In this document: positions 51,757 through 61,034 of the stretch, in pieces
Position numbering within the stretch: position 1 is the first letter of the stretch
Layout of the letters: the number at the start of each line of letters is the position of its first letter
Notes under the pieces: model-generated
What the model was told of the DNA's origin: nothing
Databases searched by the model: none
The model's input: the letters and a program-made list of their open reading frames with translations, nothing else
From: Rhodothermales bacterium
GTDB lineage: Bacteria > Bacteroidota > Rhodothermia > Rhodothermales > Bin80
Assembly: GCA_951812585.1 (NCBI GenBank)
Contig: OX638318.1
Location: 1,794,380 to 1,858,379 of the forward strand
Length of the DNA: 64,000 bases
Direction of reading: 5' to 3'
Translations under genes and position numbers: made by a program

Positions 51757-51838
51757 AGCGGTGTCATACTCCTTGAACGGCCAAATCTACGAAGGCGTCC
51801 CGCCGCGGCTATGGGCAATAGGTGAATTGTTGTCAAAT

Positions 51839-52054
51839 CTATTCGCTGGAGGTGCGCCTGATCAGATAAACAATGCGAATGATCATGGCGGTCATGCCTA
51901 GGATGGCGCCCAAGCACAAGAGCCATGGCTCGGTGCCGAATAAGCGATCGGCCCAGTATCCCAAGGTCACAAATGCCAGAAGGCTGACGGCAAGCTGCCA
52001 GCCAAGCCCGAGGTAGGGGCCCGCGTCCCGAATGGCGTCGTACCGCGATGCCAC
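51839..52054 (-). CDS. AtpZ/AtpI family protein
   Basis: LGWQLAV...GYWADRLFGTEPW...LG pattern. Confidence 0.85.
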   Translation of the reverse strand: MASRYDAIRDAGPYLGLGWQLAVSLLAFVTLGYWADRLFGTEPWLLCLGAILGMTAMIIRIVYLIRRTSSE

Positions 52055-52066
52055 GACGCGTCCCGC

Positions 52067-52492
52067 TTACTGGGCTGCCGACTTCGCCGGCACTAGTCCT
52101 CTCTTGTTGAGAGCCGTTGTGATGACCACATCCTTCTTCGTCTTCGCGTTGCGTTGCATGTTGCAGTCGCCATTGAAGAGGGCACCATCCTCTACAACGA
52201 GGCGTGCAGCAGTGATCGTTCCTTCAATCAGCGCCGTGCCCTTGAGCAGAAGCTGCTCTTTGACAATGATGCTGCCCTTGATCTTGCCTGCTATGGTGGC
52301 GCGCTTTGCATGAACGTCGCCGACCACTGTGCCGCCGTGGGATACGACCACGGCAGCCGATCCTTGGATCAGGCCGTTAACAGTACCGCTGATGCGGATA
52401 TCAGAGTTAGCGGACAGGGTTCCTTCGAAGGTCGCGCCCGTGTCGATGATGTTGACTTTGGGGGGTACGCTGTTGGCACTGTGTTTTGCCAT
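52067..52492 (-). CDS. bactofilin (polymer-forming cytoskeletal protein)
   Basis: IIDTGATFEG, DIRISG, IAGKIKG, ARLVVEDGALFNG; start ATG 52492. Confidence 0.93.
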   Translation of the reverse strand: MAKHSANSVPPKVNIIDTGATFEGTLSANSDIRISGTVNGLIQGSAAVVVSHGGTVVGDVHAKRATIAGKIKGSIIVKEQLLLKGTALIEGTITAARLVVEDGALFNGDCNMQRNAKTKKDVVITTALNKRGLVPAKSAAQ

Positions 52493-52567
52493 TGTGCCGG
52501 TGTTTCTTGCAAAAAGAGAGTGATGGTTCTTCAACGGAGTACGGGTTGATTAGGTTCTATTCCGCCG

Positions 52568-53473
52568 TTACAAGCCCAGAAGGTACGGCCGGGGGTCCTG
52601 CGCCAGTCCATTGTTCCAGATTTCAAAGTGCAGATGCGGGCCTGTGGTAAGCTGTCCCGTGTTGCCGCTCACGGCCACGCCTTCCCTTAGCTGCACGCGG
52701 TCGGCGACATCCTTGAGCAGGCGCTGGTTGTGCTTGTACACGGTGATGAAGCCATCGGCATGCTGCACGATGATGGTGTTGCCGCCGCTGTGCGTCCAGT
52801 CCGAAAAGATGACATGTCCTTCCCCGATGCTGCGCACGATCTTTCCTTCCTCGGTGGCGATATCCAAGCCATAGTGGCCTGTGCGCGCATTGAATGGTTG
52901 CGTCGTATAGCCGCTGACTGGGGTGATGGCGGGCAACAGCATACTAGGCGGCCGCGGCCGCGAATCGTACGATTCGGCCTCCATGGACGCAGGCCGAACA
53001 GAGAAGCGCTCCAAGAAGACGGCGGGCTGCTCATGGTCGGACCAGTCATCGGAAGGCAGTGCGTCGGACACTTCCAGGGGTCCGTACACTGCGCTCAGCG
53101 GTTCATCCATGTCCGCGGGTGCGGTCAGCGTGCTGTCGACTTGGCCTGTCAGGATCTGCTGCAGGTGCGTAACGTACTGGATCTGCATATCGACGGAGTC
53201 CTGGAGCGCCTGCACGCGCATCAATGCTGCAATCGTGCTGCTCCGAAGCGACTCCGTGCCGTAACCCGGGATGAGGTTGCGCACCGGCGTAAAGACCACG
53301 AAAAGCACTGGAACCAGCACCAGCACGCCGCACACTATCAAGGCGGCACGCCGCGCCGCTTGGGCCTGCACATCGTACCAGCGCTGCTGCGTCCCCTTCA
53401 TATCAATGAACATGATGCGCCGCGGCGCGGATCGCCCGAAAAGCTCAGAAGCAAACGCAAACAGCTCTTTCAT
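52568..53473 (-). CDS. M23 family metallopeptidase
   Basis: HYGLD, GNTIIVQH, YKHN, GNTGQLTTGPHLHFE. Confidence 0.95.
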   Translation of the reverse strand: MKELFAFASELFGRSAPRRIMFIDMKGTQQRWYDVQAQAARRAALIVCGVLVLVPVLFVVFTPVRNLIPGYGTESLRSSTIAALMRVQALQDSVDMQIQYVTHLQQILTGQVDSTLTAPADMDEPLSAVYGPLEVSDALPSDDWSDHEQPAVFLERFSVRPASMEAESYDSRPRPPSMLLPAITPVSGYTTQPFNARTGHYGLDIATEEGKIVRSIGEGHVIFSDWTHSGGNTIIVQHADGFITVYKHNQRLLKDVADRVQLREGVAVSGNTGQLTTGPHLHFEIWNNGLAQDPRPYLLGL

Positions 53474-53525
53474 TCGTTCTTGGGCTTGGTCTATACCGGA
53501 GCCGGTGCAGCGGGGCGTGGGCGCA

Positions 53526-53819
53526 CTAACGGAAGATAATTTCCGTCACGACATCGGAGTCGAGCGCTTTGTTCAGACGCCGCAGCCACTGGCTCCGCTG
53601 CAGGTGGAGCTCATGACGCCACACAGAAGACGAGACCGATACGTACAACCGGCCGCCCTTGATCCATGTTCGCCTGGTATGCTTGTTGATGCGTTCACCT
53701 GCCAGGCTGGCCCATGTTTCCAAGGTCTTGGCTTCCTCCAGCTTGGGGCCGATGCCCAGGTCCGCGATGAGTTCCTGGAGCACCATACCTATGCTGCGCG
53801 GCTCGAAGTCGTTGCGCAT
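53526..53819 (-). CDS. DUF721 / DciA-like protein
   Basis: IGMVLQEL, WASLAG, LYVSVSSSVWRHEL; start ATG 53819. Confidence 0.85.
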   Translation of the reverse strand: MRNDFEPRSIGMVLQELIADLGIGPKLEEAKTLETWASLAGERINKHTRRTWIKGGRLYVSVSSSVWRHELHLQRSQWLRRLNKALDSDVVTEIIFR

Positions 53820-53939
53820 ACGATTGGGTGGGGCGCATACGATGGAGTATACCCTACAAGATACAACCTTAAACCTTGCTGTACGGGAGGCGTACGACTC
53901 GTTTCCATTCACGCCCTTGCATCGCTTGTGTCCCTGAAC

Positions 53940-54917
53940 GTGCATGGCCGCTTTGCGCCCTCACCCACGGGCCTGCTGCATGTCGGGAGTGCACGTACAG
54001 CCATGATAGCGTGGCTTTCAGCGCGAAGTGCAGGTGGGCGCTTCACGCTCCGAATAGAGGATCTGGACCCGCCGCGCATGGTTCCGGGGCTTGCCAAAGA
54101 GATAGCCCGCGACTTGGCCTGGCTTGGCATAGACTTCGACGCCTCGCCGGCGGTCGGCGGTCCGCATGCGCCCTACCGGCAGTCAGAGCGGCACGCGCAC
54201 TATGAAGCGGCGCTTAAGGCATTGCATGTGGCGGGGCGGCTGTTTCCATGCAGGGTTTCGCGGCGGGATTTGCGCAATCTGGCCTCCGCGCCCCATGCTG
54301 CTGACCACGGACCGCCCTACCCGGCACACCTCCGCCCGGCTGCGCTGGACACTGATTGGTTCGACACCACGAAGGACGCAGCCATTCGCTTTCGGGTGCC
54401 CGACCGCACTGTCACCTTTGAGGACAGGGTTCGTGGACCGCAATCAGAGAACACTGCGGCGGTGGTCGGCGACTTCGTGCTGCGCCGTCGGGATGGTCTT
54501 TTCGCGTATCAACTGGCCGTGGTGGTGGACGACTTGCAGATGGGCATCACCGAGGTCGTGCGGGGCGACGATCTGCTTTCTTCAACGGCGCGCCAGATTC
54601 TGCTGATAGAAGCACTTCGCGGCACCCCGCTGCGCTATGCGCATGTGCCCCTGGTGCTGAGCGCCAGCGGCGAGAAGCTGTCCAAGCGCGATCAGGCGGC
54701 GACCTTGCGCGCACTCCGCGAAGCGGGCGTGCGCCCTGAAGTCTTGATCGGATACCTGGCCCATTCGTTGGGACTGATTCCTGTGCCGGAGCCGCACCGG
54801 TTAAGCGATCTTGTGCCAATCTTTGGTTGGTCCCGTCTGCGTGGAATGGCGCCCTGGCGTTTGCCAGTGAACCTGGTGCACAGCCTCCGTTACCCACTTG
54901 CCGCAGGGTGCGGCTAG
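53940..54917 (+). CDS. gluQ: tRNA glutamyl-Q(34) synthetase
   Basis: GRFAPSPTGLLHVG, RIEDLD, YQLAVVVDD, VVRGDDL, KLSKR; no anticodon-binding domain; start approximate. Confidence 0.9.
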   Translation: MHGRFAPSPTGLLHVGSARTAMIAWLSARSAGGRFTLRIEDLDPPRMVPGLAKEIARDLAWLGIDFDASPAVGGPHAPYRQSERHAHYEAALKALHVAGRLFPCRVSRRDLRNLASAPHAADHGPPYPAHLRPAALDTDWFDTTKDAAIRFRVPDRTVTFEDRVRGPQSENTAAVVGDFVLRRRDGLFAYQLAVVVDDLQMGITEVVRGDDLLSSTARQILLIEALRGTPLRYAHVPLVLSASGEKLSKRDQAATLRALREAGVRPEVLIGYLAHSLGLIPVPEPHRLSDLVPIFGWSRLRGMAPWRLPVNLVHSLRYPLAAGCG

Positions 54918-54940
54918 AGTCTTAGATTAGCCTTCAAGCG

Positions 54941-56323
54941 ATGAAACCCAGTGCTGCATACCTTTTGGCGTGCCTGCTGCCTGTTGTGGCACCTCTGGCG
55001 CGTGCCCAGGAGGACACCGTGCGCGTGCATCTGGAGCAGGTCATAGATCGCGCCTTGGAGGTCAGCCCGGATCTCGATGCTGTCAGGGCAAGGGCCCGCT
55101 ATGCAGCGGCGCGCAGCAGTCTGGCGCGATCAAGTCGCTACTTCTCCGAGATGAAGATTGAGACGGCCTTTGCCGTCGTGCCCGGCCTGACCAATCCCAA
55201 TGGCGTGTCGGTGGGTCAACTGTATTTGGATCCTGAGGTGCGCAATGACTATGCCAGCCTGAGCCCCTACGCGCAGTCGGAGTTCGCGCTGTTGCAGCCT
55301 ATCTACACCTTTGGTGCGCTCAGCGGCACGATTACCGCAGCGCAGCACGGGGCGGAGGCCGAGGCAGGTGCCGTGCGCGTCAAAGCGCAGGAGGTTGCGC
55401 TACGCGTGGCAGGACTGTATTACAGTGTGCTGCTGACGGATGCGCTCTATGCGCTGACGGGGCAGGCGACCGACGTTGTGGCGCAGGCAAAGCGCGAAAT
55501 CGAGCGGCTGCTGGCGGAGGGTGATCCGGAAGTGGACGAAGCTGACCGGTACCAGGTGCTGATTACTGAGCAGGAGCTCTTAAGTCGTACACGCGAAGTC
55601 ACGGAAACGCGCAGCATTGCGCTGGCTGCGCTGAATCGGCAGCTGATGATGGAGGGTCGCGCTGTGGCCGTGCCGGCGGAGCGGGTGCTGGAGCCGTTGC
55701 CATTTGTTCCGCTAACGCTGGACGAGTACCTGTCGCTGGCGCATGGTCTACGCCCTGAAATAGCCCAAGCCCGCGCGGGCCTGAATGCGCAGGCGGCGCT
55801 TGTCCAGGCCGCCCGGGCGGACTATTATCCGCAGCTGGTCTTTGGCCTGTCCGCGACGATATCGCGGGCGGCCAATCGGCATCGGCAGCCCAACCCGTTC
55901 ATCAGCGACAGCTTTCGGCGCACGAGCATCCGCACGGGTATTGGCTTCAGGCAGAACCTGAGTTTCGCTCAGACCAAAGCCCGCGTTTCGCAGGCCGAGG
56001 CGCGGCGCGAGGAGATACGCTACCTCGTGTCTGCGGCGGAGCAGCTGGTGCGCGTGGAAGTGGAGCGCGCCTATCGGACGCTGTCCATTGCAGAGGCTTC
56101 GCTGGTGGCGCAGGACTCTTCACTGGCGATCAGCAAAGCGTGGCTGCGGGTCGAAACCATCAACTTCGACCTGGACCTCGGCAGCACGGAGAATCTGCTG
56201 GATGCGGTCCGAACGAACCTGGAGCTGGAAGCCCGCTACCTCGAAGCTGTGCAGCGCTACAACATGGCCGTGCTGGGGTTGCACCATGCGGTCGGGCTCC
56301 TGGGCCGCGGCGAATTGCCTTAG
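54941..56323 (+). CDS. TolC-family outer membrane protein
   Basis: Signal peptide, QPIYTFG, ADYYPQL, duplicated OEP pattern. Confidence 0.88.
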   Translation: MKPSAAYLLACLLPVVAPLARAQEDTVRVHLEQVIDRALEVSPDLDAVRARARYAAARSSLARSSRYFSEMKIETAFAVVPGLTNPNGVSVGQLYLDPEVRNDYASLSPYAQSEFALLQPIYTFGALSGTITAAQHGAEAEAGAVRVKAQEVALRVAGLYYSVLLTDALYALTGQATDVVAQAKREIERLLAEGDPEVDEADRYQVLITEQELLSRTREVTETRSIALAALNRQLMMEGRAVAVPAERVLEPLPFVPLTLDEYLSLAHGLRPEIAQARAGLNAQAALVQAARADYYPQLVFGLSATISRAANRHRQPNPFISDSFRRTSIRTGIGFRQNLSFAQTKARVSQAEARREEIRYLVSAAEQLVRVEVERAYRTLSIAEASLVAQDSSLAISKAWLRVETINFDLDLGSTENLLDAVRTNLELEARYLEAVQRYNMAVLGLHHAVGLLGRGELP

Positions 56324-56472
56324 GTGCGCGTCCAGTGCGCCAGGGAGACATCCGGTCTTTCCCGCGCGCGCCGCTTGGTCGGCAGGGCAAGCCGTTGGCG
56401 CTGCAGTCCACGGGCCAAGGCGCTGACACCACGACTGGGCCGGGTGCTGATCCACTGCCGGCGTACTTCAGG

Positions 56473-57237
56473 CTAGAAGTCGGTGTCGGGCGTGGTCAGA
56501 TCCAACGGCTGTATCCAGATGTTCCGGTAGCGCACGTCATGCCCTTCGGCCTGCAGCTTCAGGCCGCCGGGCGTGTCCGTGATGCCGTTGCCGTTATCGT
56601 TGCCGCCATCTAGGCCCGAGTTGGGGCCACCCCACACCTTCTCGATGGCCTGGTTGTGGTGCACCTTGACGCCGTTGAAGTAGAGCGTAACATGGGCGCG
56701 ATCGGTGCGCTGACCGTCCTCGAAACGGGCCGCGCGAAAGACCACATCGTATGCGTTCCAGGAACCCGTGCCGTTGTACGGATGGTACGGAGCCGATGCC
56801 TCGTTGATTACGGCCGCCATGCCGTGCTTGGTGGAGTCTCCATCAAGGACTTGGATTTCGTACCGGTTCTGGAGGTAGACGCCGCTGTTGCCGCTTTCCT
56901 CCATAACAAGGAATTCTATGTGGAGCCGGAAGTCGCGGAATTTCTCTTTGGTGACGATATCTGCAGCGCCGTAGAGACCGCCAATAGCGGTGGAGTCGAA
57001 GCTGCTGACAACGGTGCCATCGCCGGCCGGATCGTCCACGATCTGCCACTTGATGGGCAGCTCTGCAGCAAAACGCGGACCTTCCCAGTAGGTCCAGTTG
57101 GAATCGAGCATCGCTCGTGTGCCATCAAAAAGCACCGTGGCACCTTCCGGTGCCGCGGCCCCGACGCCGAGTTGCGCCGCGGCGGGCATCGTTGCAAACA
57201 GCAGTGCGACCAGCGCAGCAATCTTTATTGATTTCAT
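56473..57237 (-). CDS. DUF1080 (3-keto-disaccharide hydrolase-like) secreted protein
   Basis: FRDFRLHIEF, NSGVYLQNRYEIQVLD, WNAYDV, LQAEGHDVRYRNIWI; start ATG 57237. Confidence 0.9.
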   Translation of the reverse strand: MKSIKIAALVALLFATMPAAAQLGVGAAAPEGATVLFDGTRAMLDSNWTYWEGPRFAAELPIKWQIVDDPAGDGTVVSSFDSTAIGGLYGAADIVTKEKFRDFRLHIEFLVMEESGNSGVYLQNRYEIQVLDGDSTKHGMAAVINEASAPYHPYNGTGSWNAYDVVFRAARFEDGQRTDRAHVTLYFNGVKVHHNQAIEKVWGGPNSGLDGGNDNGNGITDTPGGLKLQAEGHDVRYRNIWIQPLDLTTPDTDF

Positions 57238-57369
57238 CGTTGGTGTTGTTGGTGTTATCCGTGAGTGGAAAAACAAATATATGCAATGTGCGCTTGCCTG
57301 GAATCCTGGCGGTGTCCCTTCGGTTCAAATGGGTTGGCAGGCAATGAACGCAGCATACTGTAGCATACT

Positions 57370-57834
57370 ATGGAGAAGGCCACCTTTGGCGCAGGGTGCT
57401 TCTGGGGCGTGGAGGCGCTCTTCAGGCGCACGCATGGCGTTGCGGACACGCGTGTGGGATACACAGGCGGCACACTGGAGCATCCAACGTATCGGGAGGT
57501 CTGTACAAGCCGGACCGGACATGCCGAGGTTGTGGAGGTCACCTTTGATGACAACGTGATCACCTATGATCAGCTCTTGGACCTGTTCTTTGAGAACCAT
57601 AATCCGACGACGCTGAATCGTCAGGGTCTGGACTTCGGTACCCAGTATCGTTCAGCGATATTCTACCATTCGTCTGCACAGGAGGCGGCGGCCCATGCGG
57701 CCGTCGCGCGACACGCGCCGCAGTTTCGGCGGCCTATCGTGACCGAGATCGTTCCGGCGACGACATTCTACCCCGCCGAAGAATACCATCAGCGCTACCT
57801 GGAGAAGCGCGGCCTGGTACACTGCCACGTCTAG
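57370..57834 (+). CDS. msrA: peptide methionine sulfoxide reductase A
   Basis: GAGCFWG, GHAE, RQGLDFGTQYRS, AEEYHQRY. Confidence 0.98.
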   Translation: MEKATFGAGCFWGVEALFRRTHGVADTRVGYTGGTLEHPTYREVCTSRTGHAEVVEVTFDDNVITYDQLLDLFFENHNPTTLNRQGLDFGTQYRSAIFYHSSAQEAAAHAAVARHAPQFRRPIVTEIVPATTFYPAEEYHQRYLEKRGLVHCHV

Positions 57835-57887
57835 GCCTGCGGTCACCCTTGAGGCGCATGCGCGCATCTGCGCGTGCGCAGCCGGTC

Positions 57888-59801
57888 CTAGAGCGTGTAG
57901 GAAGTCACGAAGGCTTCCGCAGCATAGAATTCGGGAAGCCCCAGCCGATTAAGCGCCGTCGCCGTGGCGGTGTTGCGATCCCGCGCGCGCTGCCAGAATT
58001 CGCGTTCGTCGTGCGCCCCAGGAAACATTGCCCGGTCCTTCTGGCTCTCGTGCTTGAAGATGGCTTCAATCTTGCGCGTCATCTCTGTCTTTGATATGGG
58101 CATGAACACATCGGCCTTGTGTATCTCCCACTCCTGCCAGGCACCCCGGTAGAGCCAGACCTTGGGCCGCACAGCCGCGCTGTCGCTGTACGCTGCGAGG
58201 GCACTTTGCACCGCCACATAGCACATGCGATGGGTGCCATGCGGGTCGGAAAGATCGCCCGCTACAAATATGTGATGGGGACGACGCTCGTGCAACAGAT
58301 CCAGGACAATGGCGATGTCTGCCTGACTGATCGGCTTCTTCTTGATGCGCCCGGTCTGATAGAAGGGGAGGTCCAAAAAGCGCGCATGCTCGGCTGACAG
58401 TCCCATCACCTTGATGCCCGCAATCGCTTCCGAATAGCGGATGTTGGCTTTGAGGTGCTGTACTTCCGTGAGGTCCATAGCGCCCGGTCGCTTGGATCGC
58501 AAAAAGCGCTGTATGCGCTTTTTGCGGTCGCGAAACTGCGCCATGGCATCGCCGGAGAGCCCCATCTCCCGGTAACTCATTTCAACGAAGCCCAAATAGC
58601 GCAGCACGTCTGCATCAAAAACGGCGACGGAGCCGTTGGTCATGTACGCAACGATGATGTCGTTGCTGTTGCGCACCAGCTTGTCCAGCATGCCGCCCAT
58701 CGAGATGACATCATCATCCGGGTGCGGGCTGAACAATACGACCCGTTCATTCTTCGGCAGCCCGTCCTGGTAAACGATGCGCCTGCGCAAGTCGTCAAAC
58801 ACGCGCAGGCACAGCGCATCAATATCCGGGTAGGCGTAGACCAGCGTGTGCAGGTGATTGTTGTGAAAATCAGCCGCCTCCAGGCGGAGTAGCGCCTTGC
58901 CCAGATTCTCCGAAAGCCAGAGCACAGCCCGCTTGGCCATGGTGTAGTCCCAGTCAGGGTCCCGCACCAGCCAGGGCGTTTCTTCGCGCGTGAGCGCACT
59001 GGCCGCTGGGCGGTCCGCATAGATCGCAGCGTGCGCATGGTTCTGCAGAAAAGAAGCGACTACTTCTCCGGTGATCGCTCCTTCTACAGCCCGCTTGATG
59101 ATGCCGGCCTTGTGTTCTCCGGTCGCCATCAGGATGATGGTGCGCGCGTTCAGGATGGTGCCGACGCCGATGGTAATCGCCTGCCGCGGCACGTTGGTGT
59201 CTCCATAAAAGCTGCTGGCTGCGTCCTTGCGCGTAAGCTCCGTGAGGATCACAGCCCGCGTGCGGGTGGTGCGCCGCGATCCCGGTTCGTTGAAGCCGAT
59301 GTGCCCGCTTCGGCCGATGCCGAGAAGCACCAGGTCCAAGCCGCCATGCGCCGCAATCTGCGCTTCGTAGTCCACGCAAAATGCATCTAGCATGTCTGGA
59401 GGCAAGTCGCCCCGCATGACATGCACCTGTGCAGGAGGCACGTTGATGTGGTCCAGTAGATTCTCGTGAATGAAGCGGTGGTAGCTTTGCAGACTGTCAG
59501 GGCTGATCGGATAGTACTCGTCCAAGTTGAAGGTCACCACAGTCGAAAAGTCCAGTCCTTCGTCCTGGTGCAAGCGAATGAGCTCCCGATAGACGCCCAA
59601 AGGCGTAGAGCCAGTCGGAAGTCCCAGCACCGTCTGCTTCCCTTCTGCCGCCTTCGCGCGAATGAGGGCGGCGATGCACCGTGCGACCTTCTGCGCGACC
59701 TTGGCGGGGTCCTCGAAGATATGCACCGGTATGCGCTCGTGGCGCGTGCCCTGCGCCTTGCGGGGCGAGGCGTCCTGACTGTTGGTGTTAGCTGCGCTCA
59801 T
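57888..59801 (-). CDS. nagB: glucosamine-6-phosphate deaminase fused to PIG-L-like deacetylase domain
   Basis: GLPTGSTP, FNLDEY, GIGRSGHIGFNEPG; C-terminal SPHPDDD, DPHGTH, HESQ. Confidence 0.92.
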   Translation of the reverse strand: MSAANTNSQDASPRKAQGTRHERIPVHIFEDPAKVAQKVARCIAALIRAKAAEGKQTVLGLPTGSTPLGVYRELIRLHQDEGLDFSTVVTFNLDEYYPISPDSLQSYHRFIHENLLDHINVPPAQVHVMRGDLPPDMLDAFCVDYEAQIAAHGGLDLVLLGIGRSGHIGFNEPGSRRTTRTRAVILTELTRKDAASSFYGDTNVPRQAITIGVGTILNARTIILMATGEHKAGIIKRAVEGAITGEVVASFLQNHAHAAIYADRPAASALTREETPWLVRDPDWDYTMAKRAVLWLSENLGKALLRLEAADFHNNHLHTLVYAYPDIDALCLRVFDDLRRRIVYQDGLPKNERVVLFSPHPDDDVISMGGMLDKLVRNSNDIIVAYMTNGSVAVFDADVLRYLGFVEMSYREMGLSGDAMAQFRDRKKRIQRFLRSKRPGAMDLTEVQHLKANIRYSEAIAGIKVMGLSAEHARFLDLPFYQTGRIKKKPISQADIAIVLDLLHERRPHHIFVAGDLSDPHGTHRMCYVAVQSALAAYSDSAAVRPKVWLYRGAWQEWEIHKADVFMPISKTEMTRKIEAIFKHESQKDRAMFPGAHDEREFWQRARDRNTATATALNRLGLPEFYAAEAFVTSYTL

Positions 59802-59981
59802 GAACGGCTTGGTCCTGTAATTGCCCTACCCTATAAGTTAGCACCTTCGCGCGCGCCGCTGCCGCGCCCCGGATTAATATGCAAACATCCGCACGATGGC
59901 GGGCTGATTCGGGCGAATTCGCGGAAATCCAACAAACATTTTCAGCTCATTCCCTTGAAAAATCGGCCTAGGAGCGCTACC

Positions 59982-60010
59982 TTGACACCGGTCTTGCAGT
60001 ACAGTCAAAT
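59982..60010 (+). promoter_or_regulatory. candidate sigma70-type promoter for the 60124 operon
   Basis: TTGACA (59982-59987), 17-nt spacer, TCAAAT (60005-60010) in an AT-richer divergent intergenic region. Confidence 0.35.
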
Positions 60011-60123
60011 TATACCTGTCATACCGGCAAGTTATACCTCCGTCGTAATTCATCCATTTCGTGTCGCGCAGCCCGCGGGTGAAGGAATCTGCCCCCGGGT
60101 TCACAACACATAGCTTAGGTCGT

Positions 60124-60909
60124 ATGGAACAGCGCACTAGAGTACTCATTGTCAGTGGAGAAGTAGCGCCCTTTGCGGGCAGCTCCGAAATCGCCTCCAT
60201 CGTTCGGTATTTGGGGAAGCTGCTGAATGACAACGATGACTACGAAGTTCGCATCATGATGCCGCGCTATGGAACGATCAAGGAGCGTCGCAACAGGCTG
60301 CACGAGGTGATTCGTCTCTGCGGCAAGAAGATCCGAATGGGCAAGGATGTCCAGGCCCTAAAGGTCAAAGTGGCACCTTTGCCGGGCAGTCGGCTGCATG
60401 TCTACTTTATGGATAACATCAAGTTCTTCAAGCGCAAGGGTTTGCACAAGGACGCGGAGGGCGTGGTATTCAAAGACAACGTAGCGCGGAGCCTGTTCTT
60501 TTCGCGTGCGGTACTGGAAACCCTTCGGAATCAGCTCTGGAAGCCCAACATTGTCCATGCTTTTGGCTGGATCAGCGGCCTGATTCCGATGCTTTTTGCG
60601 GAGGCGCAGCATGAAAAGCTGCTAAGTAATGCCAAGGTGATTTACACGCCCGACAATGTTGACGCCCAAGCGATGCTCACCAACGATCTCGTAAAGCGGC
60701 TGCAGTTGTCGTTCAATGGGGAGATTGCCGGGCTCAGCCTGTGTGACGTAGGGATCAAGTACGCGGACGCGACGGCCTATCCGTCCTCATTGGATCCGTC
60801 CGTGAACGGCAATGTACACCACAATGTGCACTTCAGCGCGGAACATGCGCCTATGCTGAAGCAGGCCATGGCGCTGTACAGCGGAGAATTCGCGGCGTTG
60901 GCACAATAG
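60124..60909 (+). CDS. glycogen/starch synthase N-terminal-domain-only protein
   Basis: VLIVSGEVAPF, VRIMMPRYGTIKERRNRLHEVIRL, PNIVHAFGW; no C-terminal GT-B domain; start ATG 60124. Confidence 0.85.
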   Translation: MEQRTRVLIVSGEVAPFAGSSEIASIVRYLGKLLNDNDDYEVRIMMPRYGTIKERRNRLHEVIRLCGKKIRMGKDVQALKVKVAPLPGSRLHVYFMDNIKFFKRKGLHKDAEGVVFKDNVARSLFFSRAVLETLRNQLWKPNIVHAFGWISGLIPMLFAEAQHEKLLSNAKVIYTPDNVDAQAMLTNDLVKRLQLSFNGEIAGLSLCDVGIKYADATAYPSSLDPSVNGNVHHNVHFSAEHAPMLKQAMALYSGEFAALAQ

Positions 60910-61034
60910 TTGCACAGAACACAGTTTGGGCTTGGGCATCGTCGAACCAACGGCGGCCTGGCTCATTAGAGCTGGTTCTGCACACGAATAGCCGGCCGGG
61001 TGCGTTAATGGCATGCCGCTGCTGGTAGTAGCCT

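Noticed and set aside
46538-52054. atp operon lacking atpD/atpC, with an extended subunit a
   Set aside because: Known organisation in Bacteroidota and related phyla.
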